Positions 6,929-13,343 of a stretch of DNA of 31,383 nt are shown one piece after another (the first letter of the stretch is position 1; each line of letters begins with the position of its first letter). A program made the position numbers and the translations under genes. The notes beneath the pieces are model-generated. The model ran no database searches and was not told the origin of the DNA. It saw only the letters and a list, made by a program, of their open reading frames with translations. Source of the stretch: a virus; IMG/VR virus record IMGVR_UViG_3300023213_000416. One strand, 5' to 3'.

Positions 6929-7280
6929 TTAAATAATCCTTAACAATTTCAATAGCTTGGTCTACACCATATGCAATTTTTGCTAAATATCCTTCTTGAC
7001 TAAGTAAATCTAACCAATAATTCTGTGAAGGCGATATTTTAGATTGATATCTTCGCTTAATTTCCAGGTAAAGACCATGATAACCGCGGCTTGCACGTGG
7101 AATACAAATATCAGGAATTCCTGCTTGAACACCTATTTTTTTTAAACGTGCCGATTCAATCTTATTTCGGCTTCCTCCATTAGGACAATGATAAAAAGGA
7201 ATAGAATGCCATTTTAGCCATTCTACAAATGACCCTTGCTCTTCATATTCGGTGGGAATTTTATATGGCTTAATTGTCAT
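6918..7280 (-). CDS. VRR-NUC domain nuclease (PD-(D/E)xK fold)
   Basis: GIPDICI...LYLEIK is the VRR-NUC D...ExK core, preceded by EQGSFVEWLK. The start is set at ATG 7280 because the longer track ORF would run through the predicted promoter. It overlaps the lysozyme start by 11 nt. Confidence 0.75.
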   Translation of the reverse strand: MTIKPYKIPTEYEEQGSFVEWLKWHSIPFYHCPNGGSRNKIESARLKKIGVQAGIPDICIPRASRGYHGLYLEIKRRYQSKISPSQNYWLDLLSQEGYLAKIAYGVDQAIEIVKDYLNEH

Positions 7281-7312
7281 ATTTTGGGTCTTTAAATCGA
7301 TTTGTGAATTAT

Positions 7313-7340
7313 ATTCTAGACAAAAATTAGCATTTATCAA
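7313..7340 (-). promoter_or_regulatory. Sigma70-type promoter for the long minus-strand operon
   Basis: The minus strand reads TTGATA (7340..7335), a 16-nt spacer, then TAGAAT (7318..7313), about 30 nt upstream of the VRR-NUC ATG. Confidence 0.45.
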
Positions 7341-7513
7341 GATTTTTGGTGAGATTAACATAAAAAAAGAAATGAATAGAAAATATATGTTTTATATTAA
7401 AAAAATTTGTTGTTGTTTTGGGATGATTACAAAATATATATCTATAAAATATTAAGTTAATATATAAGGAGAGCCATACGCCATCTATGGCATACGGTTT
7501 CATATTTATTAAC

Positions 7514-7548
7514 AAGTTATACATAAGTTATCCACAGACTTATTCACA
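7514..7548 (+). promoter_or_regulatory. DnaA-box trio A
   Basis: AAGTTATACAT AAGTTATCCAC AGACTTATTCAC. It contains a perfect TTATCCACA (7528..7536), TTATTCACA (7540..7548, 1 mismatch) and TTATACATA (2 mismatches) at 11-12 bp phasing in a non-coding gap. Confidence 0.6.
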
Positions 7549-7595
7549 GGTATTTTTACATTACTTTAAATTTATAAGTAAGCAATGTTGAAATA

Positions 7596-7859
7596 TTAGT
7601 CGATAAGAAGTTTATAGTTATTAGTAGAGAATCTACCGGTTTGTGTTCTGATTTGTATTATTTCTATGTAATGATCTTTTGTTAAATCTTTAATAATTCT
7701 TTGAATTTGCCTAATAGAAAGAGAAGTTTTTTGTTTTAAATAAGATAATGAAGGAAAACATATTCCTTTCTTATTGCTACATTGAGCTAAAAGAAGAAGA
7801 ACTATTTTATGTGAAGATGAAGAAATAGGTTGATTAAGAGCCCATAAAATCCATTTCAT
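7596..7859 (-). CDS. Winged-helix DNA-binding protein (HTH_36-like), 87 aa
   Basis: W..AL......HKIVLLLLAQCSNKKGICFPSLSYLKQKTSLSIRQIQRIIKDL..DHYIE follows the HTH_36 pattern (vl..La......g.cfPS...La...g.s.rtv.r.i..L). It is the first minus-strand gene at the divergent switch. Confidence 0.7.
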   Translation of the reverse strand: MKWILWALNQPISSSSHKIVLLLLAQCSNKKGICFPSLSYLKQKTSLSIRQIQRIIKDLTKDHYIEIIQIRTQTGRFSTNNYKLLID

Positions 7860-7935
7860 AACATATCCGTGCTATTATAAATAATAAGTAATTATACGCT
7901 TTTATAAAAAATAAAAAATTAATTTTATTTGAGTA

Positions 7936-7964
7936 TTGACATCGTATAGATACCGCGGTATCAT
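7936..7964 (+). promoter_or_regulatory. Sigma70-type promoter of the plus-strand early operon
   Basis: Consensus TTGACA (7936..7941), a 17-nt spacer, then TATCAT (7959..7964), about 60 nt upstream of the RHH gene ATG. Confidence 0.55.
7949..7962. promoter_or_regulatory. 14-bp perfect palindrome GATACCGCGGTATC (candidate operator)
   Basis: Self-complementary, GC-rich in an AT-rich gap. It overlaps the spacer and the first four bases of the -10 of the rightward promoter. Confidence 0.5.
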
Positions 7965-8023
7965 GTTTTTATGAAATAGAAAAAATATGTCTTAAGATAA
8001 TTAAATTAATTGAGTATTAAAAA

Positions 8024-8197
8024 ATGAATTGGAAAAATTTTACTACCCGTATAGAACCAAATACATATAAAAGGCTCAAAAAAATATCTTATGAATTATT
8101 GAGGCCATTAAGCGAATTAATTAGAGAAGGCATTCAATTTATATTCGACAAATATGAAAAAAAAGACAATAAAAAGAAGGCTAATAATGATAATTAA
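8024..8197 (+). CDS. Ribbon-helix-helix (CopG/Arc-like) regulator, 57 aa (not in ORF track)
   Basis: Hand translation gives MNWKNFTTRIEPNTYKRLKKISYELLRPLSELIREGIQFIFDKYEKKDNKKKANNDN. It has a short beta strand (FTTRIEP) followed by two helices, and is the first gene after the promoter/palindrome. Confidence 0.55.
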   Translation: MNWKNFTTRIEPNTYKRLKKISYELLRPLSELIREGIQFIFDKYEKKDNKKKANNDN

Positions 8198-8378
8198 TCT
8201 TGAAAATAAAATAATTAAAAAAGCTACTATTTATAATAGAATATTTGAATTATCTGATTCTTATATAAATGAATTAGAAAAAGCTCATCTTAATAATGAA
8301 AATAAGAATAAAATACATGCTAAATTTAAGAAAGAATTTAAAAAACAATGCATAAATTTGGAAAAAATAGAATATTAA
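8187..8378 (+). CDS. Hypothetical Lys-rich helical protein, 63 aa
   Basis: Track ORF 8154..8378 trimmed to ATG 8187 (MIINLENK..), which overlaps the RHH stop (ATGATAATTAA). No motif recognised. Confidence 0.4.
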   Translation: MIINLENKIIKKATIYNRIFELSDSYINELEKAHLNNENKNKIHAKFKKEFKKQCINLEKIEY

Positions 8379-8393
8379 AATAAGGAGAAAATT

Positions 8394-8819
8394 ATGAATA
8401 AATATTATTATAAAGTAATCATACCTTTTGTAGATGGTTTAATAAGAAGGAAAGCTATTAAAGATAAAGATGGATATTATTTAGATTTCGACCATTTATC
8501 TGGTTTAGAACGTTCTGTTTTTGCTATGCATCTTCTTAAATATGATGAAACATTAGAATCTTTATATATAGGAGATAACAAAGATCAAAATTATGAAAAT
8601 TCATTCAGTGAAATATTAACACAAATGTTATATTTAGATGATATAGAAAGCAAATTAAACTTTGCTAATCAAGTTAAAAAAAATATTGTTTCTTTTTATA
8701 AAAATTCGATAAATGAACTTATAGAAAAAAGAATAGCCATTGTTGAATCCGAAGATAATTCAAATAATGGACTAACATCTTATCAATTAGATTCTACTAG
8801 AGAAATCATATGGATATAA
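8394..8819 (+). CDS. Hypothetical protein, 141 aa
   Basis: AAGGAG lies upstream of the ATG, in operon orientation. No motif recognised. Confidence 0.55.
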   Translation: MNKYYYKVIIPFVDGLIRRKAIKDKDGYYLDFDHLSGLERSVFAMHLLKYDETLESLYIGDNKDQNYENSFSEILTQMLYLDDIESKLNFANQVKKNIVSFYKNSINELIEKRIAIVESEDNSNNGLTSYQLDSTREIIWI

Positions 8820-8995
8820 TGGCTAATTATACTTCAAAAGGAAAATTTTTAAAATATATGAGACAAATAAGAAAAAGTAAAGAAAAAATAAAAAGAAGTA
8901 ATATTGAAAACATTATTGAAATTATAGAAATTTTATTACTGTTATTTGGTATATTAGGATTAATTTATTTATGTTTATTACTAATCAATAATTAA
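8810..8995 (+). CDS. Small protein with C-terminal transmembrane segment, about 58-61 aa
   Basis: IIEIIEILLLLFGILGLIYLCLLLI is TM-like. The start is either ATG 8810 or ATG 8819 (TAATG overlap with the upstream stop). Confidence 0.45.
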   Translation: MDIMANYTSKGKFLKYMRQIRKSKEKIKRSNIENIIEIIEILLLLFGILGLIYLCLLLINN

Positions 8996-9004
8996 GGATT
9001 TAAA

Positions 9005-9277
9005 ATGACTACAAAAATAAATGAAAAAGAAATCTTAGAAAAAATATATAAGTTAACTGATAAAATAGTAAATATTTTACCACAAGAACTTTCCTATCAA
9101 GAATTTACTATGATAATAGTAAATCTTATTACAAATAAAGGTCTAGAAAATCAAAATTTAAGAAAATTAATAAGTGAGTTAACAGATTATGCTGTGATAT
9201 TAGGCGTTATTAACATAAGTGAAATAATGAATAAAACAAAATTTATTGAAAATAACTCTGGATATTTAATGAATTAA
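9005..9277 (+). CDS. Hypothetical protein, 90 aa
   Basis: AAGGA lies upstream of the ATG, in operon orientation. No motif recognised. Confidence 0.55.
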   Translation: MTTKINEKEILEKIYKLTDKIVNILPQELSYQEFTMIIVNLITNKGLENQNLRKLISELTDYAVILGVINISEIMNKTKFIENNSGYLMN

Positions 9278-9287
9278 GGAAATTAAA

Positions 9288-9365
9288 ATGAATTTATTAA
9301 TATTTTTTATCAGTTTGATTATTTCTATGATTTTAATATGGCTTTTAATAAAATGTATAAAATAA
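9288..9365 (+). CDS. 25-aa hydrophobic micro-ORF (not in ORF track)
   Basis: Hand translation gives MNLLIFFISLIISMILIWLLIKCIK. AAGGAAAT lies upstream, and it fills the gap before the ATPase gene. Confidence 0.3.
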   Translation: MNLLIFFISLIISMILIWLLIKCIK

Positions 9366-9383
9366 ATTACAAGGATAATTAAT

Positions 9384-10238
9384 ATGGTTTTAAGAGGCAT
9401 TAAGCCGGAATCTATTCAAAAAAGAATGAAAGCATTATTTTATGGTGCTGCTGGAGTTGGTAAAACAATAGCAGCTATTCAATTCCCACATCCATACCTC
9501 ATTGATACAGAACGAGGCGCCGAAAACGATCAATATATAAAAATTATTTCTCAATCTAATGGTTCAATTTTTCAAACTTCTGATTTTGATGAATTGATGA
9601 TAGAAGTAAAATCACTTTTAACAGAAAAACATGACTTTAAAACTTTAATTATTGATCCTTTAACAACTCTTTATAATGATTTATTAGATAAAGCAGCCGT
9701 AAAAAATGGAACTGACTTTGGTCGTCATTATAATGAAGCCAATAAAAGAATTAAACATTTGCTTAATTTACTTTTACGTCTTGATATGAATGTAATAATC
9801 ACAAGCCATGCTAAAAATGAATACGGGCAAAATATGGCTATATTAGGACAAACTTTTGATTGTTATAAAAAGTTAGATTATTTATTTGATTTAGTATTTG
9901 AAGTGCAAAAACGTGGAAATGAAAGAGTCGGAATAGTTAAAAAATCACGAATAGAAACTTTTGGAGATAATGAAACATTCCCATTTTCATATAAAGAAAT
10001 AGCAAAAAGATATGGAAATGAAATTTTAGAAAAATCATCTATTTCACAAAAATTAGCTACTAATAATCAATTAATAGAAGTCAAAAGATTAATAGATTTA
10101 CTTAAAATTCCTGAAGAAATTTATCAAAAATGGTTAAATAAAGCCAACGCAGAATCCTTAGATGAAATAGAAGAAAAAGATATGGAAAAAATAATAAATT
10201 ATTTACAAAGTAAAATTAAGATGGCTATGAATGAATAA
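9384..10238 (+). CDS. Sak4-like RecA-core ATPase (AAA_24 family) recombination protein
   Basis: Has Walker A YGAAGVGKT followed by YLIDTERG, Walker B-like TLIIDPLT and VIITSHAKNE. This is the order and spacing typical of phage AAA_24/Sak4 proteins. Confidence 0.8.
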   Translation: MVLRGIKPESIQKRMKALFYGAAGVGKTIAAIQFPHPYLIDTERGAENDQYIKIISQSNGSIFQTSDFDELMIEVKSLLTEKHDFKTLIIDPLTTLYNDLLDKAAVKNGTDFGRHYNEANKRIKHLLNLLLRLDMNVIITSHAKNEYGQNMAILGQTFDCYKKLDYLFDLVFEVQKRGNERVGIVKKSRIETFGDNETFPFSYKEIAKRYGNEILEKSSISQKLATNNQLIEVKRLIDLLKIPEEIYQKWLNKANAESLDEIEEKDMEKIINYLQSKIKMAMNE

Positions 10239-10332
10239 AAACATTGTTCTAAAATTAACAAAATATGGCACTAATATTGATATTAATAAAATACTTAAAA
10301 TATTTAAAAAAATAGAAAAAAGGAGAACTAAT

Positions 10333-10608
10333 ATGAGTTGGAGTGATTGTGCAGCAGATGATCCAGATTATTATATGAAACGTATTGTTTTTAAATATAA
10401 AAAACTTAGAACAATTATTACAAAAACAGAAAAATATATAAAGAATTTTCCATCTATTGGTGAAGCTGTAGAAAGATATATAGAAAATATTAATCAAATT
10501 AATAAAAATCTATGTGATATAGAAAGCAAATTAGATAAGTCGATTGATGATATATTGCCTCTTGTAAAGAATATATATTCGACATTTGATAAAGAAAAGG
10601 AGAACTAA
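10333..10608 (+). CDS. Hypothetical protein, 91 aa
   Basis: The start is set at ATG 10333 (MSWSDCAADDPDYY..), preceded by AAAAGGAGAACTAAT. The alternative upstream ATG at 10231 overlaps the ATPase stop. Confidence 0.5.
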   Translation: MSWSDCAADDPDYYMKRIVFKYKKLRTIITKTEKYIKNFPSIGEAVERYIENINQINKNLCDIESKLDKSIDDILPLVKNIYSTFDKEKEN

Positions 10609-10609
10609 T

Positions 10610-11059
10610 ATGAGATTTGTACCAAAAACAGACCAAGAATTAAATTCATTATCTTTGATACAACCAGGAATTTATAACTTTGAGATTCTTGAAGCTTTAG
10701 ATACTATTTCGCGAGCTGGTAATGAAATGATCAAACTTAAATTAAAAGTATGGACACATGATGGCAGTGAAAGAATTATATTTGATTATATACTTCCTAA
10801 TTTTCCATTCAAATTAAAATGTTTTGCTCAAACTTGTGGATTACTTGATAAATATGAATTAGGAAATATTGAAGCTAATGATTGTTTAAGTAAATTAGGT
10901 AAATTAGAAATAGAAATAGAAAAAGGCAAATCTATTATAAAAGATAATGGAGAACATATAAATTATCCCGATAGAAATACAGTCAAAAACTATATGATTA
11001 AAAAAGAATTATCTACTAAAGAAATTGTTCATGAATTAGATGATGATTTGCCATTTTAG
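10610..11059 (+). CDS. DUF669-like protein (putative ssDNA-binding partner of Sak4), 149 aa
   Basis: The start is at ATG 10610 after the same AAAAGGAGAACTAAT box. PGIYNFEILEA...SRAGNEMIKLKLKV fits the G.Y...i....sk.G...l.l.f.v pattern I recall for DUF669, and it sits next to a Sak4-type ATPase as in other phages. Confidence 0.5.
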   Translation: MRFVPKTDQELNSLSLIQPGIYNFEILEALDTISRAGNEMIKLKLKVWTHDGSERIIFDYILPNFPFKLKCFAQTCGLLDKYELGNIEANDCLSKLGKLEIEIEKGKSIIKDNGEHINYPDRNTVKNYMIKKELSTKEIVHELDDDLPF

Positions 11060-11068
11060 GATGCAAAT

Positions 11069-11905
11069 ATGATAGTAATAAAACAACAAAATAATGAAAT
11101 TTATTTCAAAGTTATTCATTATCCAGATGGTCAAAGAACTATCCAATTAGATCCACAGAAAATATCTAACTTTCCTATTTTTATAAAAGTTCGATTACTT
11201 AATTTTGCAGAGTTAGAAATATTATCTTGTGTAATATCAGCCTTAAAACAAAAAGGTCTTTTTATAGAAAAAATAATATTTTATTATCTTTTTGGATTAA
11301 GATCTGATAGAGTATTTTCTGATGGACAACCTAATTATTTAACTGATGTTTTGGCTCCTATTATAAATAATTTTGAGATTCCTATAGAAATAATAGAGCC
11401 ACATAGCAAACATTATAAATGTATAAAAAATTCTAAACCTTACTATTTTTATCCTCATGCTTATTTTATTACCGATGAGTATTTTTCTAATTTAGGATAT
11501 AATTTCAAAACTATTTTTATTGGAGCCGATTCTTTAGTAAAGGATAGATTTCCAGACATTAAATTTCAATTTATTAAAACAAGAAATTCTCAAAATTATA
11601 TTGATGTACATTTGGATGATACTAATATTTATTTTTTACAAAGATTAGATGAACTAACAACATTAATTATTTATGACGATTTATGTGATGATAGCAATAT
11701 TTTTATAAAAATAGCTGAATATCTTAAGTTACATAATATAAAAAATGATTTAATTTTATTTGTTATCCATGGAATATTTTCAGGAAACTCCATCAAAAAA
11801 TTAAAAAATTATTACAAATTTATAATTTGTACAGATTCTTATAGGAAAATAGATAATAAAGAAATTATTCAAATAAAGTTAGAAGATTACTATAACTTTT
11901 ATTAA
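11069..11905 (+). CDS. Divergent ribose-phosphate pyrophosphokinase (Prs/PRPP synthetase) family protein
   Basis: It aligns by eye to E. coli Prs in these blocks (phage / Prs). [10 protein letters not shown] / [25 protein letters not shown] / [23 protein letters not shown] / IPYFGYARQDR. IIEPHS / [18 protein letters not shown] / [34 protein letters not shown] / [29 protein letters not shown] / ATHPIFSG. Confidence 0.75.
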   Translation: [278 protein letters not shown]

Positions 11906-11926
11906 AAGCCCCATTTAAGGGGCTTT
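11905..11926. terminator. Hairpin terminator between convergent genes
   Basis: AAAGCCCC-atttaa-GGGGCTTT forms an 8-bp GC-rich stem with T-rich tails on both strands. It lies between the Prs-like gene (+) and the His-rich gene (-). Confidence 0.7.
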
Positions 11927-11930
11927 ATCT

Positions 11931-12209
11931 TTAATACGGATTATGTTTTTTAGGACGGCCTCTTTTCTTATGTTCACTATGTTCAGCAGTATGATGACCT
12001 ACTATACGATGAGCTTTTGAATGATGCGCCTTTATATGATGAGCTGTCGAATGATGACCTTTAATTTTTTCAGCTTTTTCATGATGTTCCCTTATCATTT
12101 TCTTATCTTCTTTTACATCTTTTTTATGAGCTATTTTTAACATTTTAGCTATATCTTTTTTATGAGCATGAAATTCTTTTTGAGTTACAAATTTTGGTTC
12201 TTTAGGCAT
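11931..12209 (-). CDS. Histidine-rich protein with C-terminal AT-hook, 92 aa
   Basis: Three approximately 10-aa repeats KGHHSTAHHI/KAHHSKAHRI/VGHHTAEHSEH are followed by KKRGRPKKH (an RGRP AT-hook core). AAGGA lies 8 nt upstream of the ATG. Confidence 0.65.
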   Translation of the reverse strand: MPKEPKFVTQKEFHAHKKDIAKMLKIAHKKDVKEDKKMIREHHEKAEKIKGHHSTAHHIKAHHSKAHRIVGHHTAEHSEHKKRGRPKKHNPY

Positions 12210-12225
12210 AATTATGTCCTTTTCA

Positions 12226-12253
12226 TTGATTAAATAAAATGTAATAATAACAT
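12226..12253 (+). promoter_or_regulatory. Possible promoter for the small plus-strand gene
   Basis: TTGATT (12226..12231), a 16-nt spacer, then TAACAT (12248..12253). AT-rich context, weak call. Confidence 0.3.
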
Positions 12254-12277
12254 CAATTTACAAAAAAGGAATATACT

Positions 12278-12430
12278 ATGCCGCTCATTAAAGGTAAATC
12301 AAAAAAAACAATTGGCCAAAATATTAAAACAGAAATAGCTGCTGGAAAGCCTCAAAAACAAGCAATTGCTATTGCTTTATCTACTGCAAGAAAATCAGGT
12401 GCTAAAATACCTAAAAAAAAGAAAAAATAA
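12278..12430 (+). CDS. Small basic protein, 50 aa (KQAIAIALS motif; not in ORF track)
   Basis: Hand translation gives MPLIKGKSKKTIGQNIKTEIAAGKPQKQAIAIALSTARKSGAKIPKKKKK. AAAGGA lies upstream of the ATG. It resembles the widespread small KQAvAIAlS.A family (DUF6496-like, from memory). Confidence 0.55.
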   Translation: MPLIKGKSKKTIGQNIKTEIAAGKPQKQAIAIALSTARKSGAKIPKKKKK

Positions 12431-12434
12431 TTAT

Positions 12435-13334
12435 TTAAACAATAATAAAACCACCACTTACAGGTGCTTGAATAGTCCATTCAATATTTGCCGTTATACA
12501 AGTTAAAATTAAATTATCATACTGATTAGTAGAAGAAATACTTCCGGCTACTCCTATCGTTGTAACTTGACTACCCAAATGAATTAATTGTCCAGCATTT
12601 TGCGCAATTGTAAATCCTCCAGCACCTTTGCCTACAATATTAATCATATCGCCTAAATTTGAGATTAAAGGCAATGTCAATACTACTAAACCAGCATTAT
12701 CTATCACATATCCATTTTGTGAAATAAGTGTTGCCGAAACTCCTGTAATATGATTCCATGTAAAAAATGGCACAGAACTAATAATATTATTAGTTTTTAT
12801 TATACCAGAACCTGCAACAATATTTGATTCAAAAATAATATTATTTGTACCAATAGTTGTAATTATCTGAGTTTGTATCCATTGAGTTTTAGCATTAACA
12901 ATTCCAAATATTACAGTAAAAAAATCGCCTGCATGAATAAGTTCAGATGAATTATAATTACCTGAGCGTGTTAATTTCCATGCTGTTAATGCATTTCCTA
13001 CAATTGTTACATCATAAATTCCATTTTGGAATTGCATAGATTGATTTTTTATTAATAATCTATCACCTAAATTAACTGTGGTTCCATCAATCATTAATGG
13101 TACTAATGGGCCAGCATTTGTTAAAGTAGCTCCAATACCATTAGTACCATTATTATAAGTTGCCGTAAGATTTCCAGTACTTGCTAATTGACACGTCGCC
13201 ATGTCAGAAGTTAATGCTAATATTTGTTTTAATTTTAATTGAACATCAATACTATTTTGTAAAGCTAATACGGTATCATCTAGCAACGCATTTAAAACAA
13301 ATGGAAATTGACTTACTTTTATAAATTGTGTCAT
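12435..13334 (-). CDS. Tail fibre protein, 299 aa (shared N-module and shared C-module)
   Basis: The N-terminal TYNNGTNGIGATL..GDRLLIKNQ..QNGIY module is shared with ORF 13344..14396. The C-terminal GGFTIAQNAGQLIHLGSQVTTIGVAGSISSTNQYDNL module is shared with ORFs 15223..15804 and 15823..17763. Confidence 0.7.
   Translation of the reverse strand: MTQFIKVSQFPFVLNALLDDTVLALQNSIDVQLKLKQILALTSDMATCQLASTGNLTATYNNGTNGIGATLTNAGPLVPLMIDGTTVNLGDRLLIKNQSMQFQNGIYDVTIVGNALTAWKLTRSGNYNSSELIHAGDFFTVIFGIVNAKTQWIQTQIITTIGTNNIIFESNIVAGSGIIKTNNIISSVPFFTWNHITGVSATLISQNGYVIDNAGLVVLTLPLISNLGDMINIVGKGAGGFTIAQNAGQLIHLGSQVTTIGVAGSISSTNQYDNLILTCITANIEWTIQAPVSGGFIIV
12510..12622. repeat. 113-bp perfect direct repeat, copy 1 (equals 15295..15407)
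   Basis: Compared base by base, from taaattatcatactgatt to aattgtaaatcctccag, and identical in both copies. It encodes GGFTIAQNAGQLIHLGSQVTTIGVAGSISSTNQYDNL. Confidence 0.95.
13121..13161. repeat. 41-bp perfect direct repeat, copy 1 (equals 14276..14316)
   Basis: ttaaagtagctccaataccattagtaccattattataagtt is present in both adjacent fibre genes. It encodes TYNNGTNGIGATL. Confidence 0.9.
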
Positions 13335-13343
13335 AAAATTACT

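Noticed and set aside
7474-7497. GC-rich imperfect hairpin as terminator of the winged-helix gene
   Set aside because: The stem is interrupted by two mismatches (only 7 Watson-Crick pairs in short runs) and is not followed by a clear U-run on the minus strand. It is noted beside DnaA-box trio A but not called as a feature.
8024-8378. RHH protein plus overlapping downstream ORF as a toxin-antitoxin pair
   Set aside because: The gene order and overlap resemble a TA module. However, the 63-aa downstream product is a Lys-rich helical peptide with none of the RelE/ParE/CcdB-type features I can recognise, and the RHH sits directly behind a palindromic operator as an operon autoregulator would.
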